Below are positions 39,322 to 48,153 of a stretch of 64,000 bases of DNA, one piece after another. The number at the start of each line of letters is the position of its first letter. Position 1 is the first letter of the stretch. The notes beneath the pieces are model-generated. The model was not told the origin of the DNA and searched no databases. It saw only the letters and a program-made list of their open reading frames with translations. Made by a program: the position numbers and the translations under genes. Origin of the DNA: Acidimicrobiia bacterium (GTDB lineage Bacteria > Actinomycetota > Acidimicrobiia > Spongiisociales > UBA5794); assembly GCA_003235475.1 (NCBI GenBank), contig QJWC01000028.1, positions 1,188 through 65,187 of the forward strand, in the 5' to 3' direction.

Positions 39322-40209
39322 ATGGCAGACCCACGCCGCGCCGCGGAACTCATCGAGCGCAGCAGCGAACTCGACGGCGCGATCATGGCGATCGGCGAGG
39401 CAGACACGGGCAAGACCTCGACGCTCATTTCGATCGCCAGGCGTGCCGTTGCCAGGGGCAGGTCCGTCGCGATCATCGACGGCGACGTCGGTGCGTCGAC
39501 CGTCGGGCCGGCGACGTGCGTCGGCCTCAAGGTTCTCCGAACCGAGGGCGACTTCGACGATCTGGCGACTCCTGACGTGCTCAAGTTCGTCGGATCGACC
39601 AGCCCCGAGGGGGTGGTTCTGCCGTACGTCGTCGCCGTCGGAACGCTCGTCGAGGAGGCGCGCGCGACTGCGGACCTCGTCCTTGTCGACACGACCGGCG
39701 AGACTTCTGGTGTCATAGGCCAGACGGTCAAGTACCACCTCGCGGAGATGATGAAGCCGGTGCTCGTGATCGCGATGCGGCGAGGCGAGGAGCTCGAGCC
39801 CGTCGTCGGGATGCTTCGCAGGTTCTTCTCGGTCCGCGTCGCGGAAGTCGATCCACTCGATGAAGTGAACCCCATGGACCCGATCCAGCGCCAGGAGGCG
39901 CGGGCAGCGGCCTTTCGCGTCGATCTCGGGGACGATCCACCGAAGTGGAGGGTGCAGACGACGGTGTTCGCCCCGACGCTGCCGGTCGGTTTCGACAAGG
40001 AGCGGCTGCACGAGCTGCTCGTGGGGGTCCAGGACGAAAAGGGCTACTGCCTCGGCCTCGGGATCCTCGAACACACAGACGGGACCGTCCGCGTCGCAAC
40101 GCGCCACGGGGATCAGATGCGAGGGCTCAGGCTCGGATCGCTCCGTGTCGACCCGAAGACGTATACCACCACGCGGGTGCGTCTCAGGGAACTGATCTTC
40201 GGGATCTGA
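39322..40209 (+). CDS. Clp1-like P-loop NTPase (putative polynucleotide 5'-kinase family)
   Basis: Walker A GEADTGKTS, IIDGDVGAST (resembling the Clp1 DxDxGQ clasp) and Walker B LVLVDTTGE. ATG is preceded by AGGAGGA. Confidence 0.5.
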   Translation: MADPRRAAELIERSSELDGAIMAIGEADTGKTSTLISIARRAVARGRSVAIIDGDVGASTVGPATCVGLKVLRTEGDFDDLATPDVLKFVGSTSPEGVVLPYVVAVGTLVEEARATADLVLVDTTGETSGVIGQTVKYHLAEMMKPVLVIAMRRGEELEPVVGMLRRFFSVRVAEVDPLDEVNPMDPIQRQEARAAAFRVDLGDDPPKWRVQTTVFAPTLPVGFDKERLHELLVGVQDEKGYCLGLGILEHTDGTVRVATRHGDQMRGLRLGSLRVDPKTYTTTRVRLRELIFGI

Positions 40210-40740
40210 TCAGCGGCTCGTGTCCGCACTCAATACCGCGAGGCCGGCGTCAGTGTCGCGCACGGTGAAGATCCGGCGGTTCGGCTGGATGGCCTTGCGG
40301 ATGTCCCCAACCGAAACGCCCAGGGCCTTCCACTCCAGCGCAACTGATTCCAGCGACCTCGTCGTTGACAGGGCGATGCCGTAGATCGACGCCGAGCGCA
40401 CAGGCGACTCGATCACCTCGACGACCGTGCGAGCTCGGAAGAACGCCGCCGGTCGATCCCTGACCAGCATCCTGAGGCGAGGCGACACACCGACCAGGTG
40501 GAACGTTGCGATCGCCTCTTCGAGGTCAGGGACGAGTAGGACGACGTGGTCCACGGCGAAGTCGATCACGTCGGGCGCCTCGGGGCCGACGAAGGTTGGA
40601 ACGGTGAAAGCCGGTGCCGAAGGCTCCCAAGACCAGGCCGGCTCGCCCGTTGACAGGGCGATGCCGTCGAGGTTCACCGCAGGTGCCCATCCGAACGCGG
40701 CCCAGTCGATGGGGAGGCGAATCGCGTTGATCCCGGTCAT
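40210..40740 (-). CDS. VOC/glyoxalase-like domain protein (tentative)
   Basis: FAVDHVVLLVPDLEEAIATF is a beta-alpha-beta start typical of VOC folds. Otherwise weak. Confidence 0.5.
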   Translation of the reverse strand: MTGINAIRLPIDWAAFGWAPAVNLDGIALSTGEPAWSWEPSAPAFTVPTFVGPEAPDVIDFAVDHVVLLVPDLEEAIATFHLVGVSPRLRMLVRDRPAAFFRARTVVEVIESPVRSASIYGIALSTTRSLESVALEWKALGVSVGDIRKAIQPNRRIFTVRDTDAGLAVLSADTSR

Positions 40741-40966
40741 CGGAGGAGCGTAGGCGCGACAAGGCCCGACGAACCCTCACGTGGTGTCCCGCACTTCCCC
40801 GAACGAGATACTCATTGTGGTGGCACATCGGGCCTTCTCGACGTGCAAGCTACGTCTTCGGCGGTCCGTGTTCAACACGCCCGATAGCCACGGATTTCGC
40901 GCTCCGGGAACGCGGCGACTCCCCTGATGGCGGTACTTGGGGTGAGATGGCCGTCATGGAGCGCCC

Positions 40967-41007
40967 TTGTCCACATATCCACCGTTATCCACAGGAGGTT
41001 GTGCACA
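40967..41007 (+). promoter_or_regulatory. Cluster of DnaA-box-like 9-mers
   Basis: TTGTCCACA (40967-75), tATCCACcg (40976-84), TTATCCACA (40985-93) and TTGTGCACA (40999-41007). All are in the same orientation. Confidence 0.45.
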
Positions 41008-41057
41008 AAACCCTGTGCGAAAGTCGCCGGGCGAATCTTTTCGCGACCAAAACCCGG

Positions 41058-42290
41058 TCAGGCAGCGGCTTCGCGGATGCCGTCGTACAACTCGAGGAGC
41101 CTGCTGGCAGTCGCATCCCACGAGAAGCGCTCTGAGAACTCGACTGCGCCCTCCGAGAGTCGCTCGGCAAACGACGGGTGGTCGATGATCGCCCTCATCG
41201 CGGCGGCAAACGCCATGGGATCCAGCTTGTCGACGAGCAGGCCGGAGTCCGACGGACGCACGATGTAGGGGAGACCGCCGCGATTGGCCGCGACGACCGG
41301 TGTCCCGCATGCCTGTGCCTCGGCTGCGACGAGGCCGAACGACTCGCTTCGCGAAGGCATCACCACGACATCCGCTGCGCGGTAGTGGTCCGCGAGCGTC
41401 TCGTGGGGAACCGGATTGAACCACCGCACGCGTCCGCCGAGCCCGCGTTCGGCGATCGTTGCCTCGCACCGTTCGACCTCGGCCCGTCCGCTTTCGCCGC
41501 TTGCTCCGCCGATGATGTGCAGGACCGCCTCGCCTGATCTCCCCGGGCCGGTGAGGTGGGACAGCGCCTCGACTGCGAGGTTCGTTCCCTTGTGCGGTTG
41601 GATGCGGCCGGCATACACGATGACCGGGTTGTCTGCGATACCGAGTCGTGCCTTCGCCTCAGCTCTGTTGCCCGGTGCGAACACACCGTGATCCACCCCT
41701 GGAGGGGAGACGCAGAGGCGTTCGGGCGATGCGCCGTAGTGCTCGAGCAGGTCCTCGAATTCGTAGGGAGTCGAGGCGATCACGCAGTTGCTGCGGCCGA
41801 TGACCTCTTCCTCGGTGAGGAGGCGGTCTGCAGGCTCACGGGCCTCGCCATCGCCGCGGGCAGCGTCCTTGACCTTCCCGAGCGTGTGGAACGAGTTGGC
41901 GAGTGGCACGCCCAATGCGTCCTTGATGCGGACGCCGGCTCGCCCTGACAACCAGTAATGCGAATGGACGACATCCGGATGCTCATCGTGGTCCTCGATC
42001 CATGCGAGCGACCCGGCCGCGAACGGCGCGGCGTAGGGCCTGAGGTCTCCGATGCCGAGCGGTTCGACGGGGCCGGCCTCGATGTGAACGACCCGGTATC
42101 CATGACAGACCTCGGCGACGGTCGGATCGTCCGGATCGGTGCGACGGGTGAACGTCGTCACCCTCACCCCTCGGGAAGCGAGCGTCCTCGCCAGCCTGTC
42201 GAGGTACACGTTCATCCCGCCCGCATCACCGGAACCCGGGAGCACGAGCGGCGAAGTGTGCATCGCGACGAACGCGACGTGCTCGATCAC
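41058..42290 (-). CDS. mshA: D-inositol-3-phosphate glycosyltransferase (mycothiol biosynthesis)
   Basis: HTSPLVLPGSGDAGGMNVY, HSHYWLSG, GRIQPHKG and SESFGLVAAEAQACGTPVVA align along the full length with the recalled M. tuberculosis MshA. Confidence 0.8.
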   Translation of the reverse strand: MIEHVAFVAMHTSPLVLPGSGDAGGMNVYLDRLARTLASRGVRVTTFTRRTDPDDPTVAEVCHGYRVVHIEAGPVEPLGIGDLRPYAAPFAAGSLAWIEDHDEHPDVVHSHYWLSGRAGVRIKDALGVPLANSFHTLGKVKDAARGDGEAREPADRLLTEEEVIGRSNCVIASTPYEFEDLLEHYGASPERLCVSPPGVDHGVFAPGNRAEAKARLGIADNPVIVYAGRIQPHKGTNLAVEALSHLTGPGRSGEAVLHIIGGASGESGRAEVERCEATIAERGLGGRVRWFNPVPHETLADHYRAADVVVMPSRSESFGLVAAEAQACGTPVVAANRGGLPYIVRPSDSGLLVDKLDPMAFAAAMRAIIDHPSFAERLSEGAVEFSERFSWDATASRLLELYDGIREAAA

Positions 42291-43177
42291 GGCAGAGTCC
42301 CAGTGAAACGGTGAAGCGGTCGTGGCAGCCCGCCGTGCCTGCGCTTGTAGGTCTCGTCTCCTTTGAGGAAGTCGAATCTCGAGACTCCCCGTGCGAGCTG
42401 GTGCTCGATGAGGTATCCGAGGAGTACCGCCCCTGGTGCGAGATCCGCGATGTCGGTGTCGTACGCGGAGTTGTACAGGTAGTAGGCCTCGGCTGTCGGG
42501 AATCCGAACGCTGAGGCGAGCACGCGGTCACCGGCCACGAGGTTGTGGATGAGGGCACCGGCTGTCTCGACGAGTTCGGCGAAGAACGCTTCCATCGCCG
42601 AGGTCATGAACGCTTCCTTGTCGTCGGAGTTCGAGCGGTGTACCTCGCAGAAACGGCTGACGTCCTCGCCGCTTGCGACGGCGAGCGACACGGGGCCAAG
42701 CGCCGCTTCCAGTTTGCGCCTCTTCCGTCGCACCTCGTGCCGCTGCTTCTTCCCGATGTCCGACAACCATCCCTGGGTTGACCTCGAGTAGACGACGGTC
42801 GCGGCGTGAACCTCCTCGGAACCGGAAGCGCCGACCCGGTCGAGCGCGCGGCGGATGACATCCGCCGCTTCCTCGGGCAGGGAGTCGAGGTCGTATCGGG
42901 CGCCGCTGAACTCGTTGAACGCCTTGACGAGGGATGGCACCGGATCCCCGCCGAGCGGCGCGTGGTAGTCGGTGATGAACCCGTCCCCTGCGAAGCGGAT
43001 CTCGTTGTCGTCCACGACCATCGCAACCGCGCCGCGCCCGTCCATGAAGACACGAACCTCCTCAGGCGTGCGTCCAACAGCGCGTTCGGCAGCAACGAGG
43101 AACGGGGCGTGAGGGAACGGTCCGACCGATGGGGCGCAGGCCTCGAGGGAGTCGTCGAGGATTCGCGATTTCGTCAT
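42287..43177 (-). CDS. GNAT acetyltransferase, CelD/BioF2-like (Acetyltransf_6 type)
   Basis: C-terminal signature FDFLKGDETYKRRHG. GTGA overlap with mshA and TGATG overlap with the upstream gene. Confidence 0.7.
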   Translation of the reverse strand: MTKSRILDDSLEACAPSVGPFPHAPFLVAAERAVGRTPEEVRVFMDGRGAVAMVVDDNEIRFAGDGFITDYHAPLGGDPVPSLVKAFNEFSGARYDLDSLPEEAADVIRRALDRVGASGSEEVHAATVVYSRSTQGWLSDIGKKQRHEVRRKRRKLEAALGPVSLAVASGEDVSRFCEVHRSNSDDKEAFMTSAMEAFFAELVETAGALIHNLVAGDRVLASAFGFPTAEAYYLYNSAYDTDIADLAPGAVLLGYLIEHQLARGVSRFDFLKGDETYKRRHGGLPRPLHRFTGTLP

Positions 43178-44106
43178 CACGCGACACGCTCGAGGCGGCC
43201 GACGACCTTGCCGCCCCCTCGAACGACCGGGTGGCGGGCGTCTTCGAGCCACTCGTCCGTGCCACCGACGAGAAGGCCCAACTCCGATGCGGCCTCGAGA
43301 GCCGCAGCCACTGAGATCGCCGAGCTGCCGTCGACCGACTTGGTGGCGATGGCGATTCCGTGCCGGGCCATGGCAAAGGATCCTTCGGCACCGACCTTCA
43401 CCGGGCCACCCCACGATGCGGCGACGCGACCATCAACCCTGACGTTGTCAGCGACGAGCGCACCGTATCGAGTCATCGCCGTTGCCACGGCGTCCATTTC
43501 GGGGTCGGTGGTCAGTCGGGAGAACGCGCGCCCGAGGCCAGCCACGCTTCCTCGGTGCACCGGTGCGCCACACCCGTCGACGCCTACCGGCTCCGGCTCC
43601 ACCCCCGTCGCGTCCCGAACGAGATCGGTGATGCGACGCTGGAGTGGATGGCCGGGGTCGAGGTACGAGCCGGTGTCCCAACCGTTCGCAACCGACGCTG
43701 CCAGCCAACTCGCATGCTTGCCCGAGCAGTTGTGGAACCAGCGGCTCGGAGTGTTGCGGCCGAGGCCCATCTGCGTCTCCCACGCGTCGAGGGAGAGCGG
43801 TCGGTCGACGGTGCACTGCAGCGCGGACCGGTCGAGGCCCGCGTCCGAAAGCATCTGGTCGACGATCGCGAGATGGGCAGGAAAGCCACCGTGGCTGGCG
43901 CAGGCGAGCGCGAGGTGCTCTGCCGGAAGGTCGGTGCCTGCGGCGACGACCGCAGCAGCCTGGATTGGTTTGATCGCGGACCGGTAGTACATGGGCCGGT
44001 CGGTATCACCAGACTCGTACAGGGTGTGACCGCGCTCGTCGACGGCCAGGACGATGACCTCGTGACGTGTTTCGGGCAGGGACGACCGGACGCGGGCGAA
44101 TTGCAT
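43177..44106 (-). CDS. Asparaginase II family protein
   Basis: YRSAIKPIQA, NCSGKHA and KVGAEG, recalled for PF06089-type proteins. Start taken at ATG 44106. Confidence 0.7.
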   Translation of the reverse strand: MQFARVRSSLPETRHEVIVLAVDERGHTLYESGDTDRPMYYRSAIKPIQAAAVVAAGTDLPAEHLALACASHGGFPAHLAIVDQMLSDAGLDRSALQCTVDRPLSLDAWETQMGLGRNTPSRWFHNCSGKHASWLAASVANGWDTGSYLDPGHPLQRRITDLVRDATGVEPEPVGVDGCGAPVHRGSVAGLGRAFSRLTTDPEMDAVATAMTRYGALVADNVRVDGRVAASWGGPVKVGAEGSFAMARHGIAIATKSVDGSSAISVAAALEAASELGLLVGGTDEWLEDARHPVVRGGGKVVGRLERVA

Positions 44107-44110
44107 CCGC

Positions 44111-44653
44111 TTAGTTCGCCGAGAGCAGCTCGTCCGCGTCCGCGAGCCCTTCGCGATAGCGACGGGTGAGTTCACCGGTGATCACGTCGTACGCATCGTG
44201 AACCGCCCTGCGCTGTTCGGACACGGTGCGCTCGGTGTCTGCGAGGCTGTCCCTGATCCCTGCGAGCTCGTTGTCGCTGATACGGGGCAGGTGCGTGAGG
44301 AAGTCGTCACCCAAGGCTTTGTCGATCGCTCGGCGACCCTCGCCCACCCGGGGCGGCGCATCAACCGAGAGTTCCTTGTCGAGGGGGTTAGAGGTCTTCC
44401 CCGAAGGCGCATCGGCGAGGATCTCGGGGAGGGCATCGATCAGCGATCGTTCCTCCAGGCCTGCTCGCCTTCGGAGCTCGAAGTCGAGGAGGTCGAGGCG
44501 TCCGTGGAGAATGCGCCTGTAATAGGAGAGTTCGGTATCGAGGACATCGAGCAGCTCGCGGCGTGCCCGCAGTTCCTCGATCGAAAGCGTGTCGAGATCG
44601 CTCGCGAAGGAAGGGTCGAGCGCCTGATCGATGCGTCTGCGTTGGCCTGTCAT
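44111..44653 (-). CDS. RsiG-like two-helix protein (putative c-di-GMP-binding anti-sigma family)
   Basis: Two copies of [DE]xxxSxxRxxxHxxxD: DTELSYYRRILHGRLD and ERTVSEQRRAVHDAYD. They resemble the RsiG motif ExxxSxxRxxxQxxxD. Confidence 0.45.
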   Translation of the reverse strand: MTGQRRRIDQALDPSFASDLDTLSIEELRARRELLDVLDTELSYYRRILHGRLDLLDFELRRRAGLEERSLIDALPEILADAPSGKTSNPLDKELSVDAPPRVGEGRRAIDKALGDDFLTHLPRISDNELAGIRDSLADTERTVSEQRRAVHDAYDVITGELTRRYREGLADADELLSAN

Positions 44654-44678
44654 TTGGTGCTCCTCGGACGCGCACAAC

Positions 44679-45824
44679 CTAGCAAGCGGCGCGCACCGTC
44701 GGGTACGGGTTGACGGCGACTCCGTCCGGGCGGATCTCGAAATGGAGGTGCGGCGACGTGTACCGCGCGTTGCCCGTGTTCCCCAGATAGCCCACGACCG
44801 TGCCCTTGCTGACCCGTTGACCCGACCTGATGTCGTCCGGGAATCCCTGGAGGTGGGCGTAGTAGTAGACGACGCCGTTGTCCGCATAGATGTGCGTCGA
44901 GAGGCCACCGAGGCTGTTGGACCCGAACGTCACTTTCCCGTCGACGACGGCGACGAGAGGGGTCCATCGAGGAGCGAACATGTCGACGCCCTTGTGCGTG
45001 CGACCGCCCGACCGCGGGAAGCCCCATGAGTCGATGAACGACGCACCCCCCTGGACCGGGCAGATGAATCCGGGGGTGAGTGACGGATCGGCGCCACCTG
45101 CCGCACCCGGTCGCGACGACGACTTCTGCGCGAGCTGGCGCTTGACCCGCGCATCCTCGAGGGCCTTCTCTCGCTTCTCCTGGTTCAGCGTGTCGATCGC
45201 CGCTCGGAGGTTGGCGTCTGCCTTTGCGAGGATGTCGGCGGCCTGAGCCTGGAGCGCAGCGATCTCCTCGACGACCGCAGCAGCAGCGTCCTGGTTGGCT
45301 GCGACGTCGGCGCGGCGCACATCGAGTTCGGCCGAGGACCGCTCGGCTTGTCGGGACACGGCGTCGAGGTTGTCGATCGATGCGAGCTCCCACTCGGAGG
45401 CCCGGTTGATCAGGGCGCGCGACGTCACGAGTTCCTGGATGGTGTCCGCGCTGAAGGCCGATCCGATCATTCGGTTCTGGCCGGAGATGTATGCATCGAC
45501 GACGATGCTCTTCGCGGTCTCCGACAATGTGGCCGCTTGCGACTGATAGAGGTCGACGGCCTTTTCCATGCGGGAGATGCGGTACTCGAGGTCCTCGTGC
45601 TCGGCATGGAGAAGCTCGTACTTCTCGACCGCCTCGTCGAGCTTCGCGGTCACTTCGACATACGCGGCATACGCCTTGGACTTTCGGGCCTCTGCGATTC
45701 CCTTCGCCCGTTCGGCGGCGTCGACGTCCTGCTGGGTCTGGGCGAGCGCGCTGGAGGGGACGACGACCAAGAGGGCGAACGCCAAAAGCAGGATTACCCA
45801 GCGCCGAGCGGAGGATCGGACCAT
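44679..45824 (-). CDS. M23 family metallopeptidase with N-terminal coiled coil
   Basis: Signal peptide, a long coiled coil, then HKGVDMFA and GNTGNARYTSPHLHFEI. Confidence 0.9.
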   Translation of the reverse strand: MVRSSARRWVILLLAFALLVVVPSSALAQTQQDVDAAERAKGIAEARKSKAYAAYVEVTAKLDEAVEKYELLHAEHEDLEYRISRMEKAVDLYQSQAATLSETAKSIVVDAYISGQNRMIGSAFSADTIQELVTSRALINRASEWELASIDNLDAVSRQAERSSAELDVRRADVAANQDAAAAVVEEIAALQAQAADILAKADANLRAAIDTLNQEKREKALEDARVKRQLAQKSSSRPGAAGGADPSLTPGFICPVQGGASFIDSWGFPRSGGRTHKGVDMFAPRWTPLVAVVDGKVTFGSNSLGGLSTHIYADNGVVYYYAHLQGFPDDIRSGQRVSKGTVVGYLGNTGNARYTSPHLHFEIRPDGVAVNPYPTVRAAC

Positions 45825-45876
45825 GAAACGAACAGGTTATACCCCGCCCCAGACAAGCGCCCAGGGGGCGTGTTGT

Positions 45877-46866
45877 TCACCCGAAGAGCCAGATGGCCAA
45901 CCAGAACAGGGGTGCGGCGACGATCGCGCCGTCGAACATGGCGAGGGCGCCAGGGGCGTCCTCTGTGTGGGTGACGTGGCCTGTGCGGAGGACCGAACCG
46001 AGTGCCCTGCCGCCGATCACGCCTGCAGCGGCGGCCACGCCTCCGAGGAGGCCGGCCGACACGTCGAGTTGTGCGATCGCCAATCCGGCCACGAGCCCGG
46101 CGAGGAGCGCACCGAGCAGGGCGCCCACGTTCGCGTCGAGCGACTGGATCGCCGAGCCATATGTGTGGGCTGCCCATGCGCCGACGAGGGCGAGCACCGT
46201 CACGAGGACGTATCCGACGACGGCGTGTGTACCGATCAATCTCACGAGCACAAGGCTCCCCGCCGCGGCACCCGATACGAGGGTGACGAGGGTGGTCAGC
46301 GCGGTTATCGAGAAGTCGCGGCTCGATCGATCGAAGATCGGCCAGCTGACCGCGATCACGACACCGACGGCGGTCGCTCCGGCATAACCCGCGAATCCCC
46401 ACGCGTATGCGAACGCTCCGCTCGCGGCTGAGCCTGCGAGTGCGGGAAAGATGGCGAACCGCGAAGCGGTCCCTGCAGCCGTGTCTGCGAGGTCCCATAC
46501 CCAGGCCATCACGGATCCGACGGCGACGATGACGAACCATTTCGGATCGGCCCAGGCGACCGCGAGAAGTGCCACGACAAGGGCGACCGAAAGGATGTTC
46601 GGGGCGAGTTGGGCGGAGGCCATGCTCATCGCTCCGCCACTCACGGGCGGGATCAGGGCGACTTCGTCGTTGTCCGAGATCGTGGTCGCGCGGTCTGCGA
46701 CCTCGCCGTTGACCCACACGCCTGCGGCGACGAGTCCGGTCGTGAACCCGTCTCCGAATCGATCAGATGCAGACTCGAGCAGCTCGCCGACCGACCCAGC
46801 ATCGATCACGACGCGATCGGTCCCTGCGGACTCTCTGAGGTTTGCGAACAATCGGAGGGTTGCCAC
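45877..46866 (-). CDS. MoaD/ThiS-like ubiquitin-fold domain fused to a polytopic membrane domain
   Basis: aa 1-78 form a complete beta-grasp domain ending ALIPPVSGG. The frame continues without a stop into about 250 aa with 7-8 TM helices. Confidence 0.65.
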   Translation of the reverse strand: MATLRLFANLRESAGTDRVVIDAGSVGELLESASDRFGDGFTTGLVAAGVWVNGEVADRATTISDNDEVALIPPVSGGAMSMASAQLAPNILSVALVVALLAVAWADPKWFVIVAVGSVMAWVWDLADTAAGTASRFAIFPALAGSAASGAFAYAWGFAGYAGATAVGVVIAVSWPIFDRSSRDFSITALTTLVTLVSGAAAGSLVLVRLIGTHAVVGYVLVTVLALVGAWAAHTYGSAIQSLDANVGALLGALLAGLVAGLAIAQLDVSAGLLGGVAAAAGVIGGRALGSVLRTGHVTHTEDAPGALAMFDGAIVAAPLFWLAIWLFG

Positions 46867-46911
46867 GTTCGGGAGCGTAGTCGTCCGGCGTCTGGCAGCC
46901 GCGTCAGCGGT

Positions 46912-48153
46912 TCAGGGCGTGACGGTGCCTTCACACACGCCGAACCCGATCGGCACCCGGCCGTTGGCCTGGCAACGACCTGAGATCGTGACCGTGTCGC
47001 CGTCCTCGAGGAAGGTTCGGGTGCCGCCGTCGACCTCGATCGGTTTCGTCCCGTTCCAGGATCGTTCGAGGAGCGATCCGAACTCGTCGGGTGTCGGTCC
47101 TGACACGGTGCCGGAGGCGAACAGGTCGCCCGCTCTCACCGTTGCCCCGTTCACCGTCGCATGGGTGAGCTGCTGGGCCATCGTCCAGTACATGTTCGTG
47201 AACGAGGTCTCGGTCACCCTCGTCGCGTTGGCCGATCCGGATGGTGTGAGGTCCACTCGTAGGTCGATGGCGACACCGCGGCTGTCGGATCCACGCAGAT
47301 ACGGGAGAGGCTGGGGGTCCTGCTCGTGCGCGGGTACGCGGAATGGCTCGAGGGCTTCGAGAGGCACGATCCACGGCGAGATCGACGTGGCGAAGGACTT
47401 GCCGAGGAATGGGCCGAGCGGCACGTACTCCCAGGCCTGGATGTCGCGGGCCGACCAGTCGTTCACGAGGCACATCCCGAAGATGTGGTGCTCGGCCTCG
47501 TCGACGCCGATCGCCGTGCCGAGCTGAGGCCCCGTCCCGGTGACGAAGCCGACCTCGAGTTCGATGTCCAGCTTCTCCGAAGGCCCGAACGTCGGGCCAT
47601 TCGTACCTCGGCGTTGTCCCCGCGGGCGGGCGATCGGCGTCCCGGACACCACGACGGTTCCCGAGCGGCCGTGGTATCCGACCGGCAGGTGCTTCCAGTT
47701 CGGGAGTAACGGTTCGCCGTCAGGTCGGAACATCTTCCCGACGTTGGTGGCGTGCTGTTCGGAGCTGTAGAAGTCGACATAGTCCCCGATGTCGACGGGC
47801 ATCCGCATGGCAACGGGTTCGCGGACGATGAGGTCGTGCGACTCGCAGAACGCCTGCCCTTCCGTGTTTCCTTCCGCAAGCGTTTCGATCAGGTGCGCTC
47901 GGACGTTCGACCACACACCACGAGCGTGATTGAGGAAGCGGTTGAGGCTCGGCGTGCCGAAGGTGCCGTTCGCGAGCCCTGTGTTCTTGAAGAGCCCGAC
48001 CGCTTCCGCTCGCGCAAGGTCGAACACGACGTCGCCGATGGCGACGCCGCACCGCGTTCCCTGCGCATCCGAGAACACGCCGTAGGGGAGGTTCTGGATC
48101 GGGAAGTCTGATTCCTCCCGCACCTCGATCCACGAGCGGAGGTTCTCGCTCAC
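46912..48153 (-). CDS. fahA: Fumarylacetoacetase
   Basis: FPIQNLPYGVF N-terminal domain and FAH fold motifs (GYHGR, DIELE, GMCLVNDWSARD). GTGA overlap with the upstream gene. Confidence 0.9.
   Translation of the reverse strand: MSENLRSWIEVREESDFPIQNLPYGVFSDAQGTRCGVAIGDVVFDLARAEAVGLFKNTGLANGTFGTPSLNRFLNHARGVWSNVRAHLIETLAEGNTEGQAFCESHDLIVREPVAMRMPVDIGDYVDFYSSEQHATNVGKMFRPDGEPLLPNWKHLPVGYHGRSGTVVVSGTPIARPRGQRRGTNGPTFGPSEKLDIELEVGFVTGTGPQLGTAIGVDEAEHHIFGMCLVNDWSARDIQAWEYVPLGPFLGKSFATSISPWIVPLEALEPFRVPAHEQDPQPLPYLRGSDSRGVAIDLRVDLTPSGSANATRVTETSFTNMYWTMAQQLTHATVNGATVRAGDLFASGTVSGPTPDEFGSLLERSWNGTKPIEVDGGTRTFLEDGDTVTISGRCQANGRVPIGFGVCEGTVTP

Noticed and set aside
40741-41057. Interpretation of the DnaA-box cluster as the chromosomal origin oriC
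   Set aside because: There is no dnaA, dnaN, rpmH or parAB nearby. There is no obvious AT-rich unwinding element. Only about four boxes occur, all in one orientation. It is kept as a possible DnaA-binding or other operator site only.
42287-43177. Calling the GNAT next to mshA the mycothiol synthase MshD
   Set aside because: The C-terminal FDFLKGDETYKRRHG signature points to the CelD/BioF2-like Acetyltransf_6 family. It does not fit the tandem-GNAT MshD architecture.
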